NCBI GenBank assembly: GCA_965649765.1
Contig: OZ287756.1
Location: forward strand, 48,732,001 to 48,796,000
Origin: Bispira polyomma
Taxonomy: Eukaryota
Length of the DNA: 64,000 nucleotides
Reading direction: 5' to 3'
A program made the translations under genes and the position numbers. The notes below the pieces were generated by a model that worked only from the letters and a program-made list of their open reading frames with translations, searched no databases and had not been told where the DNA came from. Position 1 is the stretch's first letter, and each line of letters begins with the position of its first letter. Below, piece after piece: positions 36,901 to 49,671 of the stretch.

Positions 36901-39433
36901 TTGATCACTTTATATAGCACAGGTATAAACATCACTGCTATTTAATGTGCTTTGTCATTATTACTCTGGCCTGGCTTTTGGGCAAATACTATAATTCATC
37001 CAATAGGAAACAAAATGCACACAATCGAGTAGAGGAATTCCACAAAAGTTTATTTTAGAGGAAATTCCTAAACGCAAAATTTCCTACGGCATATACACAC
37101 CGTAAATGTTTTGCCACAAAGTACAAATTGGCTCTGGTGGAATTTTTCAGTCTGCCTTGTGAAGCTTGAAAAAAATTGCCTTAAATTATACATTGGCACT
37201 CTAATAGTGATTTTCTAAAATGGCCGCAAATTACGCTGTGGCACTCCAACAATGATTTTTAACCGCCATTATAAAGTACAAAAAAAAATTGCGCAAAACT
37301 ATACATCGGCACTGTAAAGGATATATGGGTAGAATTTTGGTGGTAGAAGTTTTTTCACTATATTGTTAGTGTTGTATGTCATGTAGTGATGCCATGAGTT
37401 TGTCAAATTGAATACATGGGTAGGTTATTTGCAGTGTGGGGTTTTACTATAATAATTAATGCATTTATAGAAAAATAATTTTAGCCAATAAAATTGCTTC
37501 AAACAAAAATTTAAGGCTACCATCTGATGCCAGCCATGCTCTAATTTCATCCAAAGGTTGTGGCGTTTCGGCATCGCTGATACTAATTCTTGCTGTGGGT
37601 TTGTTAGATTTAATACATTGGTAGTGTTTTTAGCAGTACAGTTTTGTACTGTGTTGTGTATTATAGAGCTACGAGAACTTCCTGAGTGATGTATTGGAGT
37701 TGGTAGAGCAATACTTAGTGACCAACATCAGTCAAGTGATTAGTGTGATTGAGTGGAGTGAACTGAGTACGCAACAACAGGAACACTTAAAGGCAGGTTA
37801 GTGTGTGTGTGTTTGTGTGTGTGTCTGTCTGTGTGTATCCCAATATATGACAAGAAAGCGACGTAATACCCAATCTAATGTAATCTTAAGAGAGGATAGT
37901 CGAATCTATTAAAAGATATCAAAATAATAATTCCTTATTATTTGTTTTCATACTGTTAGCAAACAGGAGGTAGATCAGCAAAAAAAAGGTAAAAAACACA
38001 TGTAAATATGTGTAAGAAAAATACAGGCTACAAGATGTAGTTATTGTAAAGCCAAACTGTGTATTTAGTTGTATATATTTACAATCAAACCTCTTTAAGT
38101 GGAACCTTGAGATTTCTGGGGCAAATGCATCTACTAAGCAGGATTTTCACTAAACATGGGAGATTACAACTTACAGAAAATATATCTTTGTGGGACTACG
38201 GAATCTCTCTACATGAAAGTGAACTTGACTCAACAGAGTTCTACTTAAAGGGGTCCAACTGTACATTGTATTATAATCATATTATAATAAAACACAAATC
38301 TGTACAGTGAATATTGTAAACTTATAAAGATTCTTGCCTCTGCTGGGATTAGAACTGGAGCTCTCTGGATCTTGAAATTAATAGTCCAGTGCGCTAAAAG
38401 TTGAGCTAAAGGGGAAACTCTGGAAGCCTGAGTGTTTAATGTGCTGATATACATGGATATTACATGCCTCTACCTCACAAAGACCTGACCCCAGGTCTTA
38501 TACTACTACCACATTGACTCTACTAACTCTCTTGGCTTTTAGGAGGGCAGGAATTTTCCACTGATGTCCATCATGTAAACCACAGGAAGAACTTGGCTCT
38601 AATTGTTAATTAATCCTTTCAACCATAAGAGAAAACTAACGCTGAAAACGGAAGGAAATTTCCGGATAGCAGGAGTCACTAAAACATACACCACAGACTA
38701 TTTCTAGCATTTTATAATGGCCTTGCGTATCAATTTTTTTAAACAAAGGAGTTTGGTGTATTGAAGACTTCCTTTTGTGAAAAAACTGAAGGAAACATTA
38801 AATAATATATTTTGGGGTGTCGACTGCTTACCGACACACATAAATTCTGGGAGTAACAAAATGCCGTTGTTTGGTTGCTGACAACATAGGGGTCGAAAGG
38901 GTTAAACACAGACTAAGGGGGTCGTGTAAATAACAGTGTTCTGCATACAAAAGGGTAATTGAAAAAATTATAGGATGTATTAATAAAACAAGCTAAGTAA
39001 CGCACAGCAAAGGGAAATAAAGTTCTCTAAGATTGCAAAACTTCAATTAAAATTAAATTTTAAATTCTTAGTTATAATTATTGTCAAAAAAGGATTCCAT
39101 CGATGGATATTGTTTGTGGAGAGTATTTGTTTTCTTGGGTCGATGAAGGTATAAATGGGTTTACTGGTCAGCCAATGGAATTCGCCACTTCCCAGCGAAT
39201 TTCGCCACCTAAAATTAACTAATCTATAAACTAATTTTATGCAATTTAATGAATGTAAATATCACTAAATGTTTAAAAGGGTTGTATTTCAGGAAATTAA
39301 TGGGATAGTTTGTCAAAAACGTCAACTGGCAATATTAACTGGCTGGCGAAATTCACTGGTTGACCAGTTATAGTTAGATCTGAAATATCTGGAGTTTTAC
39401 ATTGCAAAGCTCTACAGCCTTGAAGTAGACTGA
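24905..39433 (+). CDS. BTBD8: BTB/POZ domain-containing protein 8-like (two BTB domains plus a BACK-like region). Exons: 24905-25029, 27122-27208, 28312-28407, 28888-29653, 30181-30314, 31676-31765, 32894-33059, 34668-34859, 35371-35562, 36722-36874, 37667-37796, and a candidate terminal exon 39378-39433
   Basis: All introns are GT-AG with compatible phases. The translation gives ADLTF...FKLHRCIIKSR (BTB1), VDVVL...FYAHRCILCTRSEYFNAMLNGGWTES (BTB2) and CHFFHKPC..C..GV...LWPTRPFAQLP, matching the BTBD8 pattern. The last exon is tentative. A probable non-coding first exon ends at AAG|GTAGGT, about 23649. Confidence 0.82.
25292..26580 (-). mobile_element. Internally deleted Ty3/Gypsy-like LTR retrotransposon (gag only)
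   Basis: Direct repeats 25292-25734 and 26472-26580 (the second internally deleted); 5-bp TSD GTGAG (25287-25291 / 26581-26585); purine tract TGGAGGAGA adjacent to the 3' LTR. Confidence 0.8.
25808..26398 (-). pseudogene. Truncated Gypsy-type Gag
   Basis: CPVEGC..H, WSAFKHQWNMYK, LLSAIKRLAV, MTQSPGSGIRTFLASLRGQASLC (MHR-like Q...E/G...F...L); no pol. Confidence 0.75.
27791..28035. mobile_element. MITE with about 50-bp TIRs (GGCxGGTATTC family; relatives near 1-360, 4295-4405, 57289, 62540)
   Basis: gggctggtattctcgaacgtatactcagcttaaactcatactcaac versus its reverse complement at about 27985-28035. Confidence 0.7.
29311..29590 (+). repeat. Coding 45-bp (15-aa) tandem repeat in BTBD8 exon 4
   Basis: About 6 units of D(I/V/L)PNK(G)IDVL(A)A.. 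Confidence 0.8.
29990..30236 (+). repeat. Triplicated acceptor plus exon-5 start (about 90-bp unit)
   Basis: tttatctcacag|ACTGCTGAYAAGTGGAYAGAAGGTTTYACTGAGGC(A/G)|gt(g/a)agtgt..gggttcag, three copies. Confidence 0.9.
33113..33342 (+). mobile_element. tRNA-derived SINE (diverged)
   Basis: GGGGCC start, B-box-like GGTTTGAATCC; shares caatcactggyctctcacc and atgtgggaaag with 34010-34248. Confidence 0.6.
34010..34248 (-). mobile_element. tRNA-derived SINE
   Basis: Minus strand GGGGCTGCGGTGGTCTAGTGG (A box) ... GAGTTTGAATCC (B box), followed by a non-tRNA body also present at 6218-6375. Confidence 0.7.
34561..34693 (+). repeat. 46-bp triplication of the exon-8 acceptor
   Basis: ttccactcctgtag|CCCTGTACCACYTGTCTGACTGGTGTA, three copies. 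Confidence 0.9.
35511..36240 (+). repeat. Minisatellite derived from the exon-9 3' end and donor (about 53/105-bp units)
   Basis: Recurring aagtctt..., gtgttaaacaga, aaggagtata(g)ggt(g/a)agg and tgatttcattggttaaaactaggtcatatg. Confidence 0.85.
36380..36760 (+). repeat. Minisatellite derived from the exon-10 acceptor
   Basis: About 7 copies of atttct(a/g)ccag|g(g)catg...cctgtac...gagctgcttgt. Confidence 0.85.
38614..38901. mobile_element. piggyBac-like MITE
   Basis: TTAA flanks; ends TCCTTTCAACC / GGTCGAAAGGG (imperfect TIR). Confidence 0.5.
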
Positions 39434-39943
39434 TATGTTTAATTTGGAACTTTCGTATAAGACTGGATGACCTCTTATGTGACACAGAAAGTGTTTAAAG
39501 TAATATTTAACTCAGAAGAAAACATTCAAATTTAATGAAATTTGATGTGTGTCTACTGTTTTATATTAAAAATACTTTTATATGAACTTTGACCTGTTTT
39601 GTGAACTTTTAAATTAGACAAACAAAAATTTGACTCCACCGATTTTCGTGTAGCATACTTACATAGGTTTGTGCAGCATTAACAACTTAAAGTAACTTAT
39701 AACAAATAATTCTCTTTAACAAATATGTTTTATTTTGGTAATAAATTAATACAGACATTTTATATGCAATATTTTATGTACATGTATTTCAATAAAGCAG
39801 GTGCTGTCACAGACATATCACTAAGTAGCTATGACACAGAATTATGTAAGTCAGTTAAAATACCAATGTGTTAAAGCAGTAAATGTTACATGCCACTTGA
39901 ATGTACAAGCTCAGTAGAAGTCCTATTTCTGAGACTCGGACAA

Positions 39944-41723
39944 TCACAAGACAGCCAGAGTTTCTATATCTTCACTACAGTTTGGCCTGCCATTCCTCAT
40001 CTGTCTTGTAAACTTCTTCATTCTCGTCACAATGTTTCTCTTCCTGTTTCTCTCCATGACAACATTCTCTTGTTGTCGTCTGTACTGCTTGTTGGGTGTT
40101 CTAAAGTCTGAGGAGTAAGCACTGTCATTGGACACTGCCCTGTCAGAGTCTTGGTCACTTCCTGCATCCAGTCTCACATTGGACTGCTGCTGCTGGTCAA
40201 TACCTGCAGCAGAAGCAGCTGATGATGGTGAAGAGATCACCTGACTACTACCATGTGTTCTGTTGAAGTCAGTAGGATGTTCACAACCACTGGGTTCTTG
40301 TCTAAATAATGTGGTTCCATTCCTCAGACTCGTATTGTCTAGTTCTACACTCCTGTCTGTGTACTTAGATGACCTCTTCCTGGAACACATGCTTGGTCTG
40401 ACAATGGCTGAGAGTTCATCCTGATCCTTACCCTTCTGACTCATCTGCTGTTGTTGTTTCACTGAAGCAGATCTCTGTACTTTGACTCTCTGGGGTCTGT
40501 GTGTACTAGGTGTGTGTAATGCCTTCACTGCTGGACTTTCTCTCAAGGACACAGACCTTCTGGCTTTTGTTGTTCTTTTCATCTGATGAGAATGCGGAGT
40601 CTGACAGAGGAAAGGAAAACACAGTAAATCCACAGCCACTGGACTGGAAGAGTGTGTCTCTCTAGATGTACAGCAGTCCGATGATTTCGCATTACTGATG
40701 TCCTCTGCTAAGAGTGCACTTGCACTTAGCTCAGGGACAGGCGTACTTGTACCTTTTGGTTCAATATGCATGCACTTGACTCGATCATCCATCCCATTTA
40801 GTGTCTCTGTTCCTACCATGTTTTCTGGTATGGGAGTGCTTGTATATCTTGGTATATCTGCAGAAGTGAATTCAAACAGTTCTTCTTCGGTGCATGTGTA
40901 CTTTGCCTCAGTGCATGTGTACTTTGCCTCAGTGCGTGTGTACCTTGCATTAGTACTGGTATATTTAGAAATCTTGTCAGTCATCTCATCACAGCCAATG
41001 GTGTTGTATCTTCTGTCACCTGTCTCTTCATCTTCCATGGGTATTGGGGTACTTGTATACCTTGGAATCAGCTGACTCACATCATTACTAGCCTTACTGA
41101 TGACAATCTTCTTTGGACTGTGGATCACATAGGTTACATCTTGGTTGGTGGTAGGGACTGGTGTGCTGGTGTACCTGGGTTCAAACTGGGGGCTGGTTTC
41201 GGTGAATGTAGACTTAATGCTGGCTTGGGTTTGTCTAGACGTATTCACACATCCTGGTGTCATCTTTTTCAGACTGGGAAGGTGGCGGTGATACCTGCTT
41301 GGGGTCAACTGTAAAGAGAAATAGCATTGTTATATTAGAGATGCACTGTTTTATCACTGTTTTTTGTCATATTTTACGGGCAGATTTTGTATTTAAATAT
41401 GACAAGATTAATTAGGGATGAAGAAATCTAGAATTCAATATAGTTTTACTTTGGTCGTATAACTACAAGTACTTGTGTGATATTGGTATGCTATATATTT
41501 ATAATATTAAATAAAAATAATTTTACTCTATTTTATAATTTTTTATAAACAAATTATTTGATAAAACAAAATTACACTAACTTATCAAGGACTATTCAAT
41601 ATGATTTACTTATTTCTGTTGTATCAGTGGCCATTTTTTTGTAAAACCTTTTCTAAATCAGCTGAAGAGCTAAATCTTTTTTTTCTTGTCATATTAGTGT
41701 TAAAATCTTACCTTTTTAGCCAT
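39944..41723 (-). CDS. ETLAVL-family paralogue A (intact, about 458 aa; exon 1 41723-41712 encodes MAKK, exon 2 41308-39944)
   Basis: ATGGCTAAAAAG|GTAAGA donor; ttctctttacag|TTGACC acceptor in phase 0; 454-codon ORF with repeated PRYTSTP, DSAYSS, a basic helix and C-terminal IETLAVL*. Confidence 0.8.
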
Positions 41724-41962
41724 TGTCTTTCTGCTTCCAGTCAGGTCTTTACTAATAGAAGACAACATACTTTCTTAAGTGTACAATAAAAATGCTCTTT
41801 AATCTTGTGTTTGTATATAATTGGTATTATCCAGTGTATATAATTTATATATCAGTGGTAACAGTATTATCTATTTTATAGCCTGAATATGTTGTATCTG
41901 TGACTTTGTTTCCCAATGAAGTACTACACTACTGTGATATGCTGTATACACCCTGACCTATC

Positions 41963-41970
41963 TATTTATA
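41963..41970 (-). promoter_or_regulatory. TATA box (TATAAATA) of paralogue A
   Basis: Consensus TATA about 240 bp upstream of the ATG, with Inr-like ATCACA about 30 bp downstream. Confidence 0.55.
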
Positions 41971-44198
41971 GACACACACCCCCACTCATCCAGTGTCACC
42001 TGTCATAGTGGCAGTTTAACTACTCCAGTACTACTGCTCACAAACTTGTGACATTGTTCTGTGTCATAACTGTTCAGCTGCTATAATCCCCCACTCACCC
42101 CTGTATGACTGACCACTGGAGTATTAACTTCAATTAGGCAAATGCCTATAATGTCATATGCATTTCAGTTTTGATCCCTTAATTGCAATTGTTTGGAATG
42201 TGTGTGTGTGTATCTAAATGAGCAGGTTCTGCTAACCTGATGATTGACAGGCATTGCTCCATTAGAAAATATGTATTTTGTTAGCAGCCTTGTTTTGTAG
42301 ATTTAGACCAGTTCTGTCAGAATTGGATGAATGCATTGTGTGTCCATGTTGTTATTACACTGAATGTTATAACATTTTCTTTGTGTAATAAGTCTATAAA
42401 AATCTGTACACAAGGTGATTTACAGTAATTACAAGCAGTTTATGTATGTGGTGTACATCACTACTTCCTGGTCATTAGCTCCTTATCCACACACCCCATA
42501 CAAACTTAAAATAGTGGAAAGGAGGTCATAAAATCATCCAATAATTGGATAACAGAAGTTTGTATAAGAGAGATTTCATTGTAGTTAGATAAATGTTGTC
42601 AAGTCGGTTGTGTACTATATGTAATTGAAATTTGATAAAAGACAAACAGCATTTTTTTAATTGATTGTGTGCTTCATGATAGAGATAGAAAAGTGTTCTT
42701 TGATTAAGATGTCAATAACCTGCATTTTAATCTCTTCAGTTTAGAAAAAGAAAAATAGGTTAATTTAATGTCCTAATTATTGTAGAGTAGTGCTCAACTA
42801 AGATATCTTGTCATCAGATGGTCTGCCTTCGTTGCAATCTTAAGATTTTGTGCAGTAGTATAAAAAGTATTTGCAAACATTATAATATTTCACAGTCTAC
42901 TCATATAAATCTATCAATATGTCAATAACGTGAAAGTAAATTTTAATCTCTTGAGTTCAAAAGAAAAATTCATTCATTTAATGTCACTCACAAACATATT
43001 AAAATATTAGCCAAATTTTTGTGTAAATTATGGGAATAAAGGAAATACCAATTTTTCTGGAACTGAAGAAGTGGAAATTTTGATATAAACTGTGAATTTT
43101 ACCAGTTGTACAAAATAGTGTAGTTTTATATGTATCTCTGTCCACACATTACATTGGTATCTCCTATTTCTAGACTCAGTGTTTTGTATGGATGTACATG
43201 TCTATATATTTTTGTATATACCGGGTATGCTGTATATCTAAATGTATTTGTAAGAAGTGTCTGTGCAGGTGGCACTATAATAAATAAATTCTCTCTCTCT
43301 CTTCTCTGTATAACACAATGTCAGTATGATAAAGAAATATTATCTATCAACTCATATGTGTCACAATTACTAAATAACCTGGTTGTAACTAAAGCTTCAG
43401 TTTAAGCTGTTTTGCTTAATTAATAACAATATTTAAGAGATGGCCGATACCAACCTTTAGATTTATTATACTTTTAATCTTCTCTTTATTCACAAAAAAA
43501 ACAAGTTTAATAAAATAAAACGTGCAGTTTTTATCAAGGTATTGTATATTTGTGATAAGTAAAAAGTAATTCATCATTAGACTCATTATAGAAGACAACA
43601 CGATTAAAACTTTTTAATTAGATTATTTATAGTCATTAAGGATAAAAGATTTTGAGGGTGTTTTTTTTTTTTTGCAAAATACCAATAAATGTACAAATCC
43701 AAAAAAAATAACTCAAAAAATTTAAAAAAGGTAAAAAAAAAAAAGAAAAAAGTACATGCAAATATTGTATTACTGGTAAAAAGTGGGAAAAATAAATTCT
43801 TAGTAGGACAGTCTCTGTAATTCTATCCTTAAAAAAACTCTCGATAACTAATTGAATATATAATAAGGTTAGCAAAGCCAAATAGGAACCTATTAAATTA
43901 ATTTAAATTCTAAATTCCTTTTCTGCAGTTTATTTGTTAAACTAAAGTCTTACCCCAACTAAGTGGTCACTTTGTTAATTGCAATTGAAAAAAAGGAAGC
44001 ACAGAGCCCTCTTCAGCTCTACAAGACTAGATATGACTTTGATTGCACTTAGTTTTAAGGGCAGTGTGTGTTAGCATGTAAAGTAGCTGACACTCTTGTG
44101 AGGAGTACACTAATTGCTAACATAGTGACTGCACAGTTTGAGTTTTGAAATAAACTGTTAACTTGCCAGTATTTCTGAGAGATAGTGTCATTGTACAG

Positions 44199-44206
44199 TA
44201 TATAAG
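44199..44206 (+). promoter_or_regulatory. TATA box of paralogue B
   Basis: TATATAAG with Inr-like TCACTT about 30 bp downstream; conserved at 52691. Confidence 0.6.
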
Positions 44207-44410
44207 TCAGGGGTACACTGGGATCCAACATCACTTGCCTATTGGTCTTTAGACAAAGTAAATAGTATTAACAGAGAAATTTAAAGAGAAGAAGAATATA
44301 GCTTAATTGTAGAAGTATTTCTGCAAAGTAAAGACAGGATATTTGAAAGATTCCACTACATCTATTTGAAAGATTCCACTACATCTATTTGAAAGTTTCT
44401 ATAATCAAAG

Positions 44411-45469
44411 ATGGCTGCTTTGTTGAATACTGTAAACCAGATGGGGAAGTTGAGTGCCCCCCTCTGCGACAACAGCCTGAGTTCAACTGCTGGAACAGCC
44501 AACCTCTCCTCCCACAACTACAGCTTTACTCCTTGTTCCTGTGCACAGAAGAAGAAGTCTCAGAAGATGCACCGACTGACCCCCAGGAGGTACATGCCCA
44601 CCCCGAGTCCAGTACCCACCCTCACTGACCTGGAGGACATGAGCCGCATTGAGATGACCAGTAGGAGTGGCTCAGTGGAGAGCTTAACCAGTGACTCTGG
44701 TGTGTGTTGTGACCTGACTGTTGGACCTTTCTCTAGTACCATGGTGTACCCACAGAGGAGTACCCCCATCAAACAGGGGTACCACCCCACCACTCAAACA
44801 GTCCTAGACACTCAGGAGACCACCGTCTGTCAACTCCAGTTTGACAGTAGTAGCGTGTTCTGTGAGGAGGATCATTCCCAGCTCAGCATGGATGAGGTTA
44901 CCATGGTGATGTCAGCTCTATCTACACCAGAGAAAGTCGTCCTGAAGAGAGCCATCTCAGACACAGTCAGCTCAGTGCTGAACTTCAATGACTCGTGTGA
45001 CTCTATGGCTTTAGAGGTGGGATCCCTGTATAATCCCAGTAGTCTACAACAGACAAACTCCTTACACATCAACTCTCCACCATTAGGAGCCAGACCTCCT
45101 TGTATTGGAAAAGAAGCCAGTCCTCAGAAAGAGACCAGTGCTGTGAAGAAAGAGCTTCCTAACCTCAGCACTACTCCTTGTACTAGATGTTCAGCCAGTA
45201 AACCAGTAATTAGGTCATCCATTAGGTGCAGTAAGTTCTCACCAGGGGGACCAAACACAAACAAGTGTTTACAAGTGTCTGTGGATTCTGATGTGACCTC
45301 TTTCATGGAGAAGCCACTGAGCAGGGAGGTGGTCACTACGGAAGCTGTGGTTACCATGGAGAAGTCCAAAAAGAGGTCCATCTTGAGTAAACTGAAGAAA
45401 TACTGTAAACAACTGCAGAGGAAATCTAGTGAGAGTTGTGGATAGATGGAGACATTGGCTGTGTTGTAA
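44411..45469 (+). CDS. ETLAVL-family paralogue B (intronless; premature TAG at 45443 removes the last 8 residues)
   Basis: 344-aa ORF, near-identical to 53778 and 60779 copies; GAG>TAG just before ATGGAGACATTGGCTGTGTTGTAA. Confidence 0.75.
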
Positions 45470-45782
45470 GACAAAGAGACATTGGCTGTGTTGTAAAACA
45501 ACATGACTGTCGTGGCTATAGTGGAGTCTGAAAATAGTGTTATCATGCTGTTGTTGATTTACTTGTTGTTTATTTAATCAGCTGTTGTCATGCCTTATTA
45601 GAGGCATGGCACTGCAGTGTTATGTTGTTATCTACTGGGACACAGTGCAATAATAAACTAATATTATGATAATTGTAGTAGTTTTTGTTTGTACCTGTTT
45701 CTACCTTTTTGTAACTCAACGTAATATACACTTAAACCCCTTTTAAGTTCAAGAGACCAAAATAACCTCCACTTAAGCATGC

Positions 45783-46415
45783 TTTTTAGGCGGGTTGTGT
45801 GTAACCAACGCACCTTTTAGATTGATGTGTCCGACGTCTGTCCAGCCGTCAACATTTAATCCACACCAAATTTGTTGTGGAGGTGTATCATGTCAATAGC
45901 TTGGTTGGAATTGTATTTGAGCCCATTTTGAAAAATAAGATGACCGCCACGGTCCCCTTCTTCAAAACCGTTTCCAGATATTTAAAGGAAAAGTATTGCA
46001 CCTAGCATCACCAAATTTGTTGTGCAGGTGTATCATGTCAATAGCTTGGCTGGGATTGTGTTTGGGCCCATTCTGAAAAACAAGATGGACGCCATCTTAG
46101 AAACGGTTGCCGGACATTTAAAGGAAAAGTATTGCATCTATCATTACCAAATTTGTTGTGCAGATGTATCATGTCAATAGCTTGGTTAGGATTGTATTTG
46201 GGCCCTTTCTGAAAAAGAAGATGGATACCAGGATCGAAAAGTAGTTTTTTTTAAATGACACAGGCCAATGGTCTTGCGGTCTATAGAACCGTTTATGGTA
46301 AAATAACAATAAATCTGTACAAACAAATAATAAACTTGAAATTTGTTGCTGGACCCTATCCCTGATACCAATTGCCCAACCCGCCTTTTTGGAGTCTATA
46401 ACCCCACTTGTTTTT
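45783..46415 (+). mobile_element. HINE / Helentron-associated element
   Basis: 5' TTTTTAGGCGGGTTG, three about 130-150-bp core repeats, 3' CAACCCGCC plus hairpin and T-run; homologous to 5826-6652. Confidence 0.7.
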
Positions 46416-47189
46416 AAATTTTTATGACCCCTGTATGATCTAAACTTCCTTTTTAAAGTACACATGCTTTTCCATAATTTAGCAAGCTTATTGTTCCAAT
46501 ACGGTTTGAAACTTTAGAATTTTTTTCTTTCAGGTTTATTGAGACACTTGTGCTTCAAATGTTTGTCCCTTTCCTAATGAATCACAAAATTCAGAATAAT
46601 GCTTGTCAATTTTATTTTGCTCTGTCTATTGTACAGATAAATTTATCAATTGCATTTGACCAGTTAGTATTATTCATGAAAATACCTGGTAGATTATTAA
46701 AATTAAATTTCTTCATAACTAATAATAATTTATTAATGCAGTTGGCCGGTACCAATATGACGTCACTAACTCCACTTTAAAATTTTAGCAAAAGGTTTGG
46801 GGGCTTTTGCTAAACTATTATAAACTTCTTGTTGCTAACTATTATAAACTATCTATTAAGGCTTAATTTGATCTTATTTATGTAATATTTTCTTTGAAAA
46901 TGGCACTTTTAAGCTTTATTCTTTCTGTCAAAATGTTTATGAACAAACATAATTGGTACCGGCAAAGTGCATTCGCTCATTTATCTCTGTTGTTTTACCT
47001 AGTACATGAGTTTGGTTAGTTTCTGTTGACTTTTTTGTAACACATTTCATTGTATTAATACATAGTACTGAATGCTCAGGTGGTTTGCTTCTTGAGCCAA
47101 TTTGTGTATGCAGGTTATGCTTACTTAAGAAATCATTCCTTAACAAAACTTCAAAGTTAAAGCAATTTTTAAGGGTTTCAAACTATGGC

Positions 47190-48900
47190 ATCATATAGTA
47201 ACAACTGCGCTACCCCCAGTTGTAGTAAAATTATCTCTATCAGGGTTAACTCTTCCATTTATCACACAACATTTGCTATCCTTAAGAAAGCCTAAGAATG
47301 TTTCACAATAACCATTTTTACCAGAGTCAATTGAAAATCTATTACAAATTGGGTCAAATTCAATAATATCTGATTCATTACCTATCCATGCATTAAAGTC
47401 ACCACACAGGAAGATTGCCTTGGCATTCTCATGTAAATACATTTCAGATAATAAATGACTGAAAAATTCATTTTGGTTTGCCCATGGTGAAGTTTCCAGG
47501 AGTAAATAACAGCAATATATAAAGATAATTTCACCTGTAGATTTGTGTGTCAGGCTCAACCCTAAATTGCCATCAATAGCTTTATCACAAATTTTTACCA
47601 CAAAATTCATAAACATTTCTTTCTTTGACTAATATTCCTGCACCACCACCACCTTTGCTCTAATATGTACCTTTTAAACAATTAAAACCAAACCACTGAT
47701 AGTGGTAATAGTAACATTGAGGTAAAAAACTAAGATGTGACTCAACAATACATATAATGTCTTTAATGTTTTTACAATACCTTGACGTAGGTTATTGTTT
47801 AATATTGTCCATCCATTTACGTTTAAGCTTGCTAAACTTATCTGCTCCTTTGGCTGGTGGTCATTGTTAACCTGCACAGTGGAACCATTCATCAGGTGAT
47901 CCGGGGAGTGGGATAGATTCTCCAGATTATCATCAGATAAGGAGGATATAGGAGACTGTAATTTACTCAGATTGGGTGTTACTTCACGTGCTGTAGTCAG
48001 ATTAAATCGGGCAGGTGAAGTACTATTATTAGCAGGCACTATTAGCTGTGTCTTTCTTCATAATCGGTCCACTGGGTCCCACTCTGAATTGGTTTCCATT
48101 TGTTAGTTGCTGTAAGAGAGTCCGGAAGTTAAAGTCAGTCATCTTTTCATTAAACGGTTTTGAGGATCTCAGATAAACTGATTTGTAGAGATGGTGATCA
48201 ACCAAGTTTCTTTTGTTCCCCAGTAATGCTATGTTGTCCTGTTGGGAGAAAAGTTGTTCGATCTTCACCAAACCTGGATGGCCGTTTTGGCTCACTAAAC
48301 GTTTAACTCTTACTGGTTCCAAACCTGGTATCCTTGCACCATCATCTATTAAATGTTGAATTACAGATTTAATGTCCTCATTTGCTCTGTATGGTACATC
48401 ACTGGCAACAACTGTGACTACTGGATTAAATTCCACTTTTTTCCATGTTTAGATATCTGATTCCTGTCGATATCACTAAGACTTTTCACCATTGTCTTCA
48501 CAGTAGTTACTTATCACACTGAAGAGCATCCTGGTTAGTGTTAAGGGAATTTATATCCTGTTCATGAGCTTTTTCACAGCACTCCAAATTCTCAATGCAT
48601 TTACCGATCTCATCCACACTTTTTCTATTACCCCTTTACAAAATTTCATAAGAACATCACACAGAACACCTTCATCTTGTCCAACTAAACCAATATTTAA
48701 ATCTGTCACATCAATTTTGACTCTTATTTTCCATTGGTGGAGGTGTACCAGATTTTATATCCGCTCTTGAACGCTTATTTTTAAGCCTAATATCATAAAA
48801 ATAAGTTCACTATATTCTATGCACAATACTTTCATATAGTATCCAAATTCCACTGGTAAGTTGCTGTTAAAACTTAGAAAATTTGATCATTTGCTGGACT
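47190..48900 (-). mobile_element. Decayed 5' part of a CR1/L2-like LINE (ORF1 plus AP endonuclease; RT absent)
   Basis: ORF1-like 48436-48029; endonuclease motifs LASLNVNG, IFLCGDFNA.IG, INGR...DNFT; frameshifted. Confidence 0.7.
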
Positions 48901-49671
48901 GTAATAATAGAAAACAGCCACACACACATAATAGGACATGGTCTGTAATTCTATCCTTCAAAATGTTTAGGTTCTCAGTAACAAATCGAAAATATCATAT
49001 GGTTATCAAAACCAATTAGGAACCTGATGAAATAAATTTAAATCCAGCATTTCGCCTTGTAATTGTTTTTTTTTTTAAAGTTTTGAGCACTTTATTATTA
49101 ATAATAAAATCCATAGACCACTAACTTAGTCACCTTTTTTTTTTTCTTTTTTTTTTTGTATTGCTTTTTTTGTACATTATATGGTACATACAGAAAAGAA
49201 AAAAAAACAACCAAAACATGTGCATTATTTTAAATCATACAGTATTATCTTACAATACATCAATTTTTAAATTTTTAATATTTACTGGTAGTAGTTTATG
49301 TTAGAAATATTTCACTGTAAAAACTTCTACAACTTTAAAATTTTTTAACAAGACCAAAATTGTCATATCAGGAAAAAATTAATTAATAAAACAAAAATTT
49401 AAACCTGTTTCAAATAATGAACAAAGTACATCTATTAGAAAGTATAAATCTACAAGTCAAACAACTGAATTAATGGTTTCAATTTTTTTTCAAAGACATC
49501 TTTTCGTCCCTGCTTAAAAAGATACAAATTTTTTTTTCATTATAATGATACTTAACATATTCCACATACTTCCATATACTTAACTTATTTTTAAAGAGTT
49601 TTCCTTCCAAACATTTTGTTACATATATATATATATCTTTTTATAATGCTGAAAATGTGATTTATTAATGG

